DNA from: Bacteroidales bacterium
Lineage (GTDB): Bacteria; Bacteroidota; Bacteroidia; Bacteroidales; VadinHA17
DNA: 64,000 nt
Assembly: GCA_027028505.1 (NCBI GenBank)
Contig: JALVJE010000153.1
Span: forward strand, 731-64,730
Reading direction: 5' to 3'
Positions 46,941-56,797 of this stretch are shown here, in pieces; position 1 is the first letter of the stretch; each line of letters starts with the position of its first letter. The notes beneath the pieces were generated by a model. That model was given only the letters and a program-made list of their open reading frames with translations, searched no databases and was not told the DNA's origin. The translations under genes were made by a program, and so were the position numbers.

Positions 46941-46968
46941 CTAAGATCCCTGTTATATGAATAAGAAC

Positions 46969-47331
46969 TCAGTCTTTTTCCACCTTCAGCACTTCCTGGA
47001 TGGCCTTGTAAAAGGTCTCTTTCGGGATAGCACCTACAGCCATCTGCGGAGGCTCATCCTTGGGACAGAATAGCAGCGAAGGAATGCTCCGGATGCCGAA
47101 AACGGCAGCCAGCTCCTGCTGATCTTCTGTATCCACCTTGTAAAAATTCACCTTGCCGTCATATTCCTCCGTCAACTCGTCAATGATAGGAGCTATGATC
47201 TTACAAGGCTGACACCAGTCAGCATAAAAATCAATGATGCAGGGCTTGTCCCCTTCAAATTTCCATTCCTGGTTCTTCGTGTAATCAAACACCTTCTGCT
47301 TGAAGGTATCCACAGTTAAAAATTCTGCCAT
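46969..47331 (-). CDS. Thioredoxin
   Basis: 120 aa. WCQPCK active site in a canonical thioredoxin context. Confidence 0.9.
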   Translation of the reverse strand: MAEFLTVDTFKQKVFDYTKNQEWKFEGDKPCIIDFYADWCQPCKIIAPIIDELTEEYDGKVNFYKVDTEDQQELAAVFGIRSIPSLLFCPKDEPPQMAVGAIPKETFYKAIQEVLKVEKD

Positions 47332-47441
47332 TTCTCTAAATTTTCTGTTGTTTTTTTATTTTTATTTGGACACAATCAAAATACAATTCCGAATTGCGTG
47401 CAAAGATAACTCTTTTCTTCATAGAAACGATAGGATTATTG

Positions 47442-47449
47442 TAATTTTG
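47442..47449 (+). promoter_or_regulatory. Candidate -7 promoter box (TAnnTTTG)
   Basis: TAATTTTG lies 40 nt upstream of the ATG at 47489. Confidence 0.35.
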
Positions 47450-47488
47450 TGACAAATTTATTCCATCTTCGTACCCTCTACAGGAAAA

Positions 47489-48952
47489 ATGAAAGATAAA
47501 CCGGATAAGAAAATACTGGAAAAATGCATTGCCCATCCGCTGTTCAGGGTGATCTCGGGAGTGAGCAGCGACCTGTCGGTGCCTGCTTATGTCGTGGGAG
47601 GGTATGTACGGGATTGCCTGCTCGGCAGGGACAATCCCTCGCAGGATATAGACATAGTTGTACTGGGCAAAGGTATTGAAGCGGCCCGCGAAACGGCCCG
47701 CAGGCTAAAGCCCTCTCCGCGGGTCAGTGTTTTTAAGAACTTTGGCACTGCCATGTTCCGCTACAAGGATATAGAGGTCGATTTTGTCGGGGCACGCCGG
47801 GAATCCTACCGTCAGGATTCCCGGAAACCGGTGGTTGAGGACGGCACCCTGGAGGATGATCAGAAAAGACGCGATTTTACCATCAATGCGCTGGCCATCG
47901 CATTGCATCCCGACGAACACGGAACTTTTATCGACCCTTTTGATGGGTTGGAGGATCTGCGGAAAAAGATCATACGCACCCCGCTCGATCCGAAGGTCAC
48001 TTTTTCCGATGATCCGCTGCGTATGCTCCGCGCCATCCGTTTTGCCACCCAGCTGGATTTCCGTATCGAGGAGGAGACCTTCCGGGCCATATACCGGAAC
48101 CGCCGGCGTATACGTATTGTCAGTATGGAGAGGATCACCACCGAGCTCAACAAGATCATGCTGGCCCCCCGCCCTTCCACCGGCTTCCTGCTCCTCGACC
48201 GGTCGGGACTGCTGGAAGAAATTCTCCCCGAGATCCATGCTCTCAAAGGAATCGAGAAACGCAAAGGAATGGCACACAAGGATGTCTTCCTGCACACCAT
48301 CCAGGTGTTGGATAACGTAGCAAAGAAAAGCGACAACCTCTGGCTGAGATGGGCAGCTCTTCTGCATGACATCGCCAAGCCCGCCACCAAAAAATTTGTG
48401 GAAGGCCAGGGCTGGACCTTCCATGGCCATGACTTCCTCGGTTCAAAAATGGTACCTCGTATTTTCCGCCGCCTCAAACTGCCGATGAACGAAAAGATGA
48501 AGTACGTCCAGAAACTGGTGGCCCTGCACCTGCGTCCCATCGCACTCACCACCAACGAAGTGTCCGATTCGGCCGTACGGCGGCTCCTCTTCGAGGCCGG
48601 AGATGATATCGAAGACCTCATGCTCCTGTGCGAGGCCGACATCACCTCCAAAAACGAGAAAAAGGTCAAAAAACATCTGGAGAATTTCAGGGTTGTCAGG
48701 GAAAAACTGAAAACGATCGAAGAGAAAGATGCCGTCCGTAACTTCCAGCCTCCCGTCACCGGCGAAGACATCATGCAGACCTTTGACATACCTCCCTCAC
48801 GGACCATCGGCATTCTCAAAGAGGCCATCAAAGAAGCCATCCTCGAAGGCACCATCCATAACGACCGGCAGGAAGCCTACCAATACATGATCGAACAGGC
48901 GAAAAAGCTGGGTCTGGAGGTGAAAAAGAACCTTATCAAAGAAGAGGGCTGA
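47489..48952 (+). CDS. tRNA nucleotidyltransferase (CCA-adding)/poly(A) polymerase family protein with HD domain
   Basis: GGYVRD ... DIDIVV nucleotidyltransferase head, RDFTINA, and an HD region (LHDIAKP). Confidence 0.85.
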   Translation: MKDKPDKKILEKCIAHPLFRVISGVSSDLSVPAYVVGGYVRDCLLGRDNPSQDIDIVVLGKGIEAARETARRLKPSPRVSVFKNFGTAMFRYKDIEVDFVGARRESYRQDSRKPVVEDGTLEDDQKRRDFTINALAIALHPDEHGTFIDPFDGLEDLRKKIIRTPLDPKVTFSDDPLRMLRAIRFATQLDFRIEEETFRAIYRNRRRIRIVSMERITTELNKIMLAPRPSTGFLLLDRSGLLEEILPEIHALKGIEKRKGMAHKDVFLHTIQVLDNVAKKSDNLWLRWAALLHDIAKPATKKFVEGQGWTFHGHDFLGSKMVPRIFRRLKLPMNEKMKYVQKLVALHLRPIALTTNEVSDSAVRRLLFEAGDDIEDLMLLCEADITSKNEKKVKKHLENFRVVREKLKTIEEKDAVRNFQPPVTGEDIMQTFDIPPSRTIGILKEAIKEAILEGTIHNDRQEAYQYMIEQAKKLGLEVKKNLIKEEG

Positions 48953-48955
48953 CCG

Positions 48956-49996
48956 TTAGTCATGCTCCGGGTTTATTTGCAGGGTCAGCGCCACCGGCAG
49001 GTGGTCGCTGAAACCTCCCAGATACTGCGGCCCGGCATAGGTGCGACGCGGTATATCTACCTGCTTATGCTCAAGCAAAAAAGGGAATTTAAGGATCTCT
49101 GCCCGGCATCTCCCGGCCAGTTGACCACTAACCAGGAACTGATCGAACAGCCACCAGCGGCCGTCATAAAAAAGCGTGCCTCCTCCTTTTTTCAGCAGTG
49201 GCTCCATCAGGTTCACCAAATACCAGTCCCTGTTGCCCCGGCCGGTCAGGAAAGATACGGCCGGGTCGGCAGGCTCGTCATTGAGATCGCCTGTCACTAC
49301 CACCCTGCCCCTGCCGGTGCTCTCCCGGAGGGTGTCGAGGGATGCTGCCAGCACCTGCGCTGCCACCCGGCGGTGCTGCTCCGAAGCCTGATACCCCCCG
49401 TAACGCGAGGGCCAGTGGTTGATGAACAAGGCAAGAGTGTCCCGGCCATCCACCCGCACCAGCACATACAGGATATCACGCTTCACAGACAGGGTGTCCT
49501 CCGGAAACCGCACCGGCAGGGGCCGCGACGACAACACCTCCACCCGTTTCCTGTCGTAGAGCAACGCCACATCAATGCCCCGCCGGTCGGGTGACTCATA
49601 ATGTACCCGTCCATAATCGAATTTCTGAAAAGGCGTCTCCTGCAACAGGTAATGCAGCACATAACCGTTCTCCACCTCAGCCAGAGCGATCATCGCAGGA
49701 GGATCCCAACCATTAAGGTGCTCACCGGCAGCCATGAACAATTTATACAGTAAGTTTGCTTTCTGCCTGAAACGCTCAAAGGTCCAGTGTTTCTCACCGG
49801 CAGGCGTGAACTCGTCATCCAGCGTGAGGGAGTCGTCGAAAGGATCAAAAAAGTTTTCCGTATTATAAAAAAGGAGAGATATACTCCCCTGACTATGCAC
49901 TGTCCGGGCAGGTACCCATAGGATCAGCATAAGAACACAAAAGAACAGTATGCCCTGTCCTCCATTTTTCATCGCACGCTGGTTGTGTCTACCCAT
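48956..49996 (-). CDS. Endonuclease/exonuclease/phosphatase (EEP) family protein, secreted
   Basis: Signal peptide. The NHWPSR...GDLND...SDHLPV motif order is typical of the EEP fold. The alternative start MKNGG (49972) would give an ATGA overlap with the upstream gene. Confidence 0.8.
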   Translation of the reverse strand: MGRHNQRAMKNGGQGILFFCVLMLILWVPARTVHSQGSISLLFYNTENFFDPFDDSLTLDDEFTPAGEKHWTFERFRQKANLLYKLFMAAGEHLNGWDPPAMIALAEVENGYVLHYLLQETPFQKFDYGRVHYESPDRRGIDVALLYDRKRVEVLSSRPLPVRFPEDTLSVKRDILYVLVRVDGRDTLALFINHWPSRYGGYQASEQHRRVAAQVLAASLDTLRESTGRGRVVVTGDLNDEPADPAVSFLTGRGNRDWYLVNLMEPLLKKGGGTLFYDGRWWLFDQFLVSGQLAGRCRAEILKFPFLLEHKQVDIPRRTYAGPQYLGGFSDHLPVALTLQINPEHD

Positions 49997-51414
49997 TCAT
50001 AGGCCCCGGGATCGGGTTTTCCGTCAGCCATCCGGTCGTGACCCTCCAGGTCGTAAGGCACCATCTGCCCGAACACGGGAGCACCGCGGTCACGGGCAAA
50101 TGACAACGAATCGAGGTGGAAGTCATAATCCCATACCGACACAAACCCTGGATCATGATTGAGCCAGACAGAATGATAATGCATGGTATCCAGCGGTTCC
50201 TCCCCCTCTTTTTTCCTGAGCAATACATGGTCGAGCAGGAAATTGAGGGTATCCCCCTTCTGCCAGGGAGCGACTACGAACTCATCCTCCTTGTCGCCAT
50301 AAAGGATGGTGTTCAGGAACTCAGCCCTCCTCAGCTCCCCCCTGAACACAGCCGTGTCATTGAGGATATAGTAATCACTGACCACCACCGAGGGGGTGGT
50401 GCGGTTCGACCAGTTCCAGTAATTACCCACCGTGCAGTGGATGAACCGGTAATCCCCTCCGCTGGTAAGCGTAAGGGCATAATAACCACAATCGGCAATG
50501 ACACAGTTCTCCGCCTCGATGGCAGCGCCCACGCTGGAAATACCCGCCCAGTTCATATGCTCAATGACCGTATTGGAGATATGCAGGTCGGGCGGAGGAT
50601 CCGTGGTATAAAAATTACCCAGATGAACACCGTATATCCCATTTTTGATGATCACATGCTCCAGCCGGTTGCCACTGCTTCCGTTGAGGAAGTAGATACC
50701 GCTCCACTGCCCCGGAATATCATCATACATCCCTTCCAGCCGGTCACCACAAAAAACGACCGGTTCTTCCACCGTGCCCTCCACCACCAGCCGGCCCGCC
50801 ACATATATGGTCGAGTTGAAATGACTGTATACCAGCACGCCCTTTTCGACCGTCAGTACGGCATTGGTGTCCACCATCATGGAGTGCACCACCAGATAAG
50901 GCTTGTCGGCCGGCCACGTCTGTGTGCCGACGATCTCCCCGTCGATCAGATGCACATCCTGCCCCCAGGCCACCAGATCGATGTCCTGCACCGAACTGTT
51001 GGTGAGGAAGAGAACAGAATCATGCACCAGGAGGGGCATGTTGTTGCCCAGCGGATCGATGGTCACCTCCACAAAAATATACAGGCTGTCATGCGGCAGG
51101 ATCTCCACATCCCTGACCACCGGCCCCTGCACTCCGTCCACATTGATACGGTAGGGAGAGGACGCTCCGCCAGCCAACCTTACCTCCCCCACCTTCACGG
51201 TACGGTCATAAGGATTGTACACAGTGAACGACCGGGTGGTTGAACCAACTGTGGTAAAGATCGTATCAAAATACAGGGTGTCGAGGGAAAACTGCAAAGA
51301 GACATCCGGCCCGGTGACATAACGCTCCTTGTTACAGGATGACAGGAAGATGATCCCTGACAAAAACAGTAATAAGATATAATACAGACTGTTATGTAGT
51401 TTTGTCGTACTCAT
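49969..51414 (-). CDS. Lipoprotein with parallel beta-helix-like repeats, function unknown
   Basis: Start moved to the Met at 51414 (MSTTK...FLSSC lipobox). Repeated short hydrophobic/Gly/Asn rungs (IKNGIYGVHLGN, ISNTVIEHMNWAGISS, AENCVIADCGYYALTL). Confidence 0.7.
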   Translation of the reverse strand: MSTTKLHNSLYYILLLFLSGIIFLSSCNKERYVTGPDVSLQFSLDTLYFDTIFTTVGSTTRSFTVYNPYDRTVKVGEVRLAGGASSPYRINVDGVQGPVVRDVEILPHDSLYIFVEVTIDPLGNNMPLLVHDSVLFLTNSSVQDIDLVAWGQDVHLIDGEIVGTQTWPADKPYLVVHSMMVDTNAVLTVEKGVLVYSHFNSTIYVAGRLVVEGTVEEPVVFCGDRLEGMYDDIPGQWSGIYFLNGSSGNRLEHVIIKNGIYGVHLGNFYTTDPPPDLHISNTVIEHMNWAGISSVGAAIEAENCVIADCGYYALTLTSGGDYRFIHCTVGNYWNWSNRTTPSVVVSDYYILNDTAVFRGELRRAEFLNTILYGDKEDEFVVAPWQKGDTLNFLLDHVLLRKKEGEEPLDTMHYHSVWLNHDPGFVSVWDYDFHLDSLSFARDRGAPVFGQMVPYDLEGHDRMADGKPDPGAYEWVDTTSVR

Positions 51415-51610
51415 GCAGATCCGGAAGACGGGATAGCCCCGGGCGTGTAAAAATAACACAGAAAGCTTCATCATATTGCCTTGCAGCATATTTTTACCGG
51501 AAACATTGCCTTTACCCGGATCAAAAAGATCATTACTTTCTTACTACTTTTAGCAAAGTAATATCTTTTTACCTCTATTATATACTGTATTATTGATCAT
51601 TATACGATCT

Positions 51611-51646
51611 TAACTACGTAGCTAACTACGTAGTTATCTACGTAGT
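51611..51646. repeat. 3 x 12-bp tandem repeat, each unit containing the palindrome CTACGTAG
   Basis: TAACTACGTAGC TAACTACGTAGT TATCTACGTAGT. The third unit overlaps the GT2 stop codon (51638-51640). Confidence 0.9.
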
Positions 51647-52687
51647 TGTATTTTTCTGTAACAAGACTTCTATCTCTTTGAGCTCAGAAAATTTCTTCTC
51701 GCCGTGGAGAAAGAAACGGCTTATGAGCATATGGGGGTAGATCCCTGCAGGGGTGGCTCCGGTATCCGGCGGTATCGCTGCTCTTTTCATTTTCAGCTCC
51801 GGCAGGGACCGCCAGAAAGAGATATGGGCTTTCCATACCGCCACAAAGTGTCCCCATTCCAGGCCGGCCAGGAACTTAAGAGCAGCCACACCGTCGAGGA
51901 GCAGCCGCACGGCCAGGGTCCTGAACAAACGCCCGGAAGGCAGGTTCTTGTACATAAGGAAAAGGTTGTTCCTGAAATTCAGATAGGTCTTGCGGGGATC
52001 CGCCTCGTCAAGTGTGGCCCCACCCTGATGCCATACCCGTGATCCCGGCACAACATAGATCCCCGAGCCGGCTCTCTGGATCCTCCAGCACAGGTCGATC
52101 TCCTCCATGTGGGCAAAGAAAGCGGGATCCAGCCCCCCCGTCTCCCGCCATACCGAAGCCCGCACCATCATACAGGCCCCGCTGGCCCAGAACACCGGCA
52201 TCACAGAATCATACTGCCCCCGGTCCTCCTCCATGACATTGAAGATGCGGCCCCGGCAGAACGTATAGCCATACCGGTCGATGAACCCGCCTGCAGCACC
52301 GGCATACTCAAAACGGTCCCGTTCCTTCAGCGACAGGATCTTCGGCATGCAGGCCCCGGCCCGGGGATGATCTTCCATGAACTGCACCAGCGGCTCCAGC
52401 CACCCTTCCCCCACCTCAACATCCGAGTTGAGGAGAACAAAATGTTCGGCCTCCACCTGTTGCAGAGCCCGGTTGTACCCCTCCGCAAAACCATAGTTGC
52501 GGTCCAGCGCGATCACCCGCACCTGCGGATAATGCTTCGCCAGCCAGGCCACCGAATCATCCTGAGAACCGTTGTCAGCTACGATCAGTTCAGCCTCTTT
52601 GCAAGTCCTCTCAACCAACAGAGGCACAAAACGTTCCAGCAATTCCCGGCCGTTCCAGTTCAGTATCACCACCGCAACTTTTGCCAT
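51638..52687 (-). CDS. Glycosyltransferase family 2
   Basis: VAVVILNWNG ... ADNGSQDDS ... LNSDVEV DXD-type motifs. 349 aa. Confidence 0.87.
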   Translation of the reverse strand: MAKVAVVILNWNGRELLERFVPLLVERTCKEAELIVADNGSQDDSVAWLAKHYPQVRVIALDRNYGFAEGYNRALQQVEAEHFVLLNSDVEVGEGWLEPLVQFMEDHPRAGACMPKILSLKERDRFEYAGAAGGFIDRYGYTFCRGRIFNVMEEDRGQYDSVMPVFWASGACMMVRASVWRETGGLDPAFFAHMEEIDLCWRIQRAGSGIYVVPGSRVWHQGGATLDEADPRKTYLNFRNNLFLMYKNLPSGRLFRTLAVRLLLDGVAALKFLAGLEWGHFVAVWKAHISFWRSLPELKMKRAAIPPDTGATPAGIYPHMLISRFFLHGEKKFSELKEIEVLLQKNTTT

Positions 52688-52764
52688 CTTGTTATTTACT
52701 ATTTTTCATATGTTTAAATATACTTTCATATTTCTAACACCTTTCCCTATTTACGCTCTGTGAA

Positions 52765-52967
52765 GTTCTCGGTTCACGGTTCATAGTTCACAGTTCATAG
52801 TTCATAGTTCACAGTTCATAGTTCACGGTTCATAGTTCACGGTTCATAGTTCACGGTTCATAGTTCACGGTTCATAGTTCACGGTTCATAGTTCACAGTT
52901 CACAGTTCATAGTTCACAGTTCATAGTTCACAGTTCATAGTTCACGGTTCATAGTTCACGGTTCATC
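52765..52967. repeat. Heptanucleotide tandem array, 29 phase-perfect units (GTTCATA / GTTCAC[AG])
   Basis: 203 nt with every unit starting GTTC. There is a 14-nt higher-order alternation. It ends 5 nt from the acyltransferase stop, and the periodicity continues as GATCATC ATTCATC into the coding end. Confidence 0.97.
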
Positions 52968-52972
52968 GATCA

Positions 52973-53896
52973 TCATTCATCATTAGTTGTTCCATACACT
53001 ACATTCTTCTTCTCCCGCACCTGCCGGATGTATTTCCAGCGCCGGTGACTCCAGAGCCAGTACTCGGGAGCCTCCCGGATAAAACCCTCCAGCATCCTCA
53101 CGTGTTTCTCCGTGATCGCATACGGTTTTTCTGCACCGGGATCGGGACAGCAATCATGTATCTCCAGACGGTAGTATCCCCTTTTCTTTTTCTTCATCAC
53201 CAGAAAGAACACCGGATCGCCGAATTTTTTCGCCACTTTTTCGATCCCCAGGTACACGGCGGTTTCCTGGTTCAGAAAACGGGTCACATATTCCGTTTCA
53301 AATGGCAGGGGGGTCTGATCGGTGATAAAGTAATACATCGTGGGAATATTCTCCCGATGATATCGAAGGATCGCCCGGTAGACATGATGCAAGGGGACCA
53401 CTTCATCGAGCCAGCGCAGACGTGCTTTGGAGACCAGCCCTTCGATCACCTTATCCTTCAATGGTTTATATATGGCCATCACGTTATATGAAGTCTGCGC
53501 CACAAAAGCGTTGGCCCACTCCCAGTTGCCATAATGTCCCGCCCCAATGACCGTATGTACACCTTTCTTCCGCATTTCCTCGAACCGTTCCAGGTCACCT
53601 TCCCTGATCTCCACCCTTCTCACCAACTCTTTGGTGGGAATATGGATCATTCGGATCTCCTCAACGATCAGGTCACAGAGATGGCGGTAAAACTTCCGCA
53701 TGATCTCTTTCCGCCGCGTCTCTGCTTCATCGGGGAAAGCATTCCGGAGGTTTTCTTCCACCACTTTCTTTCTGTACCCAACAAGGCGGTACAGCACCAC
53801 GTAGATAAAGTCGGAAAGCCCATACAGCAAGGGAGTAGGTATCCATGCAATGGACCAGAGAAAGGCATATGTCAGGTATGATGGGATCTTTTTCAT
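52973..53896 (-). CDS. Lysophospholipid / lipid A late acyltransferase (LpxL/HtrB family)
   Basis: N-terminal TM helix. GAGHYGNWEW (the HX4D/E-type motif of this family). 307 aa. Confidence 0.83.
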   Translation of the reverse strand: MKKIPSYLTYAFLWSIAWIPTPLLYGLSDFIYVVLYRLVGYRKKVVEENLRNAFPDEAETRRKEIMRKFYRHLCDLIVEEIRMIHIPTKELVRRVEIREGDLERFEEMRKKGVHTVIGAGHYGNWEWANAFVAQTSYNVMAIYKPLKDKVIEGLVSKARLRWLDEVVPLHHVYRAILRYHRENIPTMYYFITDQTPLPFETEYVTRFLNQETAVYLGIEKVAKKFGDPVFFLVMKKKKRGYYRLEIHDCCPDPGAEKPYAITEKHVRMLEGFIREAPEYWLWSHRRWKYIRQVREKKNVVYGTTNDE

Positions 53897-53902
53897 GTGA
53901 TA

Positions 53903-54691
53903 TCAGAGGTATTCTCCGATGATCCTGGCGATCTCCCCGTAAACACCGGGTGCCGCTGCCACCATCTCCCGTCCGAAGAGATAATCCTTCCCACCCCGGA
54001 AATCAGCCGCCACGCCTCCGGCCTTTTCCACCAGGAAGGCTCCTGCAGCCACATCCCACGGATGAAGGTTATATTCGTAGAAACCATCATAACGTCCGCA
54101 GGCCACCCACGCCAGATCAGTGGCTGCGGAGCCGAGGCGCCGCACACCCTGTGTCTCGGCCATAAAACGTTTCAATACTGCCATATAAGGATCCAGCCGT
54201 TCAAAATTGACAAAGGGAAAGCCGGTAGCCAGTAACACCTCCTGCAGGGAAGAGGCATGACTTACCCGGATCTCTTCGCCGTTGAGGCGGGCAGGGTCCT
54301 CCTCCGATGCAGAGAACATCTCATCCATCGTGATCTCATAAACCACCCCCGCCACCGTATGCCCGTTATGCTGCAGGGCAATGCTCACAGCATAGGGCGG
54401 TGAGCCGTGGATAAAATTGGTGGTACCGTCGAGGGGGTCAATGATCCAGGTATATTCGGCTTCCACCTGCTCCGTGGTCTCCTCCTCCGTGAGAAAGCCA
54501 CTCCCCGGCAGCAGACCGGAGAGACGCTTCACCAGCCGCTGCTCTGACTCTCTATCCACACGCGTTACATAGTCGTGGATCCCTTTCGAGCGGATATCCC
54601 TGCCGGTCAGCGACAAACGCTGCTCTCTGATAAAAGAACCCGTCTCCCGGGCGATCTCTTCCGTAGCCGCCAGTATTTCCGATATTTTCAT
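53903..54691 (-). CDS. Inositol monophosphatase family protein
   Basis: WIIDPLDGTTNF and WDVAAG motifs. Confidence 0.9.
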   Translation of the reverse strand: MKISEILAATEEIARETGSFIREQRLSLTGRDIRSKGIHDYVTRVDRESEQRLVKRLSGLLPGSGFLTEEETTEQVEAEYTWIIDPLDGTTNFIHGSPPYAVSIALQHNGHTVAGVVYEITMDEMFSASEEDPARLNGEEIRVSHASSLQEVLLATGFPFVNFERLDPYMAVLKRFMAETQGVRRLGSAATDLAWVACGRYDGFYEYNLHPWDVAAGAFLVEKAGGVAADFRGGKDYLFGREMVAAAPGVYGEIARIIGEYL

Positions 54692-54693
54692 AT

Positions 54694-56790
54694 TTATTCC
54701 TTTCTCTTTTCTTTTTTATTTACCTTCTCTTCTTTTTTCTCGTTTTTCTGCAAGAGCCGGTACATTTCTATCTGCGCATCGGTCCGTTTTCTCCGGTGAT
54801 CTCTCACATAACGGTTGTCCAGTTCTTTTGTTATGATCCTTTTCTTGGTATTATCCCGCAACTCAAGATCTAGGATATCTTTCAACTCCTGTTTCAGTTC
54901 CGGGTCACAGACCGGCGAGAAGATCTCCACACGGTGGTCCAGGTTCCGCGTCATCCAGTCGGCCGACCCGATATAATACTCTACTTGCTTATTGTTGCAG
55001 AAAACCATGATCCTGGAATGTTCCAGATAACGTCCTACGAGACTGTACGCCACGATATTCTCGCTGTAACCTTTTTCTCCCGGGATGAGGGAACAGATCC
55101 CTCTCACCAGCAGGGTGATCTTCACGCCTGCCTGACTCGCTTTGTAGAGGCGCATGATCATGTCCTGATCCACAAGATTGTTCAGCTTGAGGAGGATCCA
55201 GGCCTCTTTTCCCGCCAGGGCATGACGCGTCTCCCGGTCGACGAGAGCATACAATTTCCTGCGCATGTAAATGGGAGAGGTCAGCAGATGGCGATATTGC
55301 ACAGGCAGATAAGGGCTCTCAAAAAAACGGAACAGGTCCTTAACATCCAGAGCCAGATCCCTGCGGGCGGACAGCATGACGATGTCCACATATACCTGGG
55401 CCGTCTCCTCGTTGAAATTCCCGGTGCTGATGCCGACAATATGCGAGGTCTCTTTCCCTTTTTTTCGGGTGATCAGCAACAGTTTGGCATGCACCTTCAG
55501 TCCCTGGATGCCAAAGATCACCATAGCCCCGGCTTCCTGGAGTTTCTTCGACCAGTAAATATTGGAAGCCTCATTGAAACGGGCCTGCAGCTCAATGATC
55601 ACCGTAACTTTTTTGCCATTGAGACAGGCATTGATCAGGGTGTTCATCACCCGGGAGTCGTATGCTACCCGGTATGCGGTCATACGGATCTCTGTCACTG
55701 CAGGGTCTATGGCCGCCTCCCGCAATACATCCAGAAAATGGGTAAATGGATGATATGGAAAATGAAGGAAGATGTCTTTCTTTTCAATGGTCTCCAGCAG
55801 ACTGGTATGACGTTTCATGTCCGGATGATGCAGTACCGGCATTTTCTTGTACTCCAATCGTTTGGGCCCTACATTGGGGAACTTCTTAAAGTCCCTGAAG
55901 TTGTGATACTTCCCTCCCGGGATGACATTGTCCAGCACATCCAGCTCCAACTTTTCACGGATGAACGCGAACAGGTCGCGGGGCATCGACTGGTCATAGA
56001 CCAGCCGCACCGGCTGCCCTTTTTTCCGCTGGCTGATCCCTTTGGCGATCTTCTCCAGAAAGCCCTTGGAGACATCATTGTCGATATCCAGTTCTGCATC
56101 GCGTGTGATCTTGATCGTATAGGCCTCAAAATCCGAAAAGTTGAATATCGAGAACAGGTCCGGCAACCCCAGACGGATCATATCATCCAGCAGGATGATG
56201 AATTTTTTGCGCCCGATCCCCGGCAGAATGATAAACCTCCCCAACTCTTCGGCCGGCACCTCTATCAGAGCATATTTTTTGACCGGCGCCGGATATTTTC
56301 CTGTAAGTTTTACCGCCAGATAGATCGACTTGTCTTTCAGGGGCGGGAAAGGCTTGTCTTTCTCCAGCATGATGGGCGTCAGCACGGGAAGCACCTTATC
56401 ATGGAACAGGTTTTTGGCATACTCCAGCCTCTCTTCGGGGATGCGTTGCTCATCCGTCAGGTAGATATTCTCCCGTTTCAGTTCATCGATGATCCTGAAA
56501 TAGATCGTCTCGAACTCTTTCTGTTGCTCCAGGACGATCTGCTGGATCTGCCGGAGCAGTTTTTGCGGACTTCCGCCGGTCAGTTTTTTGGCTTTGATAT
56601 CCAGTTGCACCATCCTGCGGATGGAGGCCACTCTAACTTTGAAGAACTCATCCAGGTTGTCGGAAAAGATCCCCAGGAACCGCAGCCGTTCGATGAGCGG
56701 CACGGTGGGATCGGCAGCCTCCTGCAACACCCTGTGGTTGAAGGCCAGCCAGCTGATCTCTCTGTTGACGATCCATTTCTCCTTAGCCAT
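54694..56790 (-). CDS. ppk1: Polyphosphate kinase 1
   Basis: 698 aa. NREISWLAFNHRVLQEA N-terminus, the FFKVRV region, and two PLD-like HKD-type domains (VHAKLLLI). Confidence 0.95.
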   Translation of the reverse strand: MAKEKWIVNREISWLAFNHRVLQEAADPTVPLIERLRFLGIFSDNLDEFFKVRVASIRRMVQLDIKAKKLTGGSPQKLLRQIQQIVLEQQKEFETIYFRIIDELKRENIYLTDEQRIPEERLEYAKNLFHDKVLPVLTPIMLEKDKPFPPLKDKSIYLAVKLTGKYPAPVKKYALIEVPAEELGRFIILPGIGRKKFIILLDDMIRLGLPDLFSIFNFSDFEAYTIKITRDAELDIDNDVSKGFLEKIAKGISQRKKGQPVRLVYDQSMPRDLFAFIREKLELDVLDNVIPGGKYHNFRDFKKFPNVGPKRLEYKKMPVLHHPDMKRHTSLLETIEKKDIFLHFPYHPFTHFLDVLREAAIDPAVTEIRMTAYRVAYDSRVMNTLINACLNGKKVTVIIELQARFNEASNIYWSKKLQEAGAMVIFGIQGLKVHAKLLLITRKKGKETSHIVGISTGNFNEETAQVYVDIVMLSARRDLALDVKDLFRFFESPYLPVQYRHLLTSPIYMRRKLYALVDRETRHALAGKEAWILLKLNNLVDQDMIMRLYKASQAGVKITLLVRGICSLIPGEKGYSENIVAYSLVGRYLEHSRIMVFCNNKQVEYYIGSADWMTRNLDHRVEIFSPVCDPELKQELKDILDLELRDNTKKRIITKELDNRYVRDHRRKRTDAQIEMYRLLQKNEKKEEKVNKKEKRKE

Positions 56791-56797
56791 GATAAGT

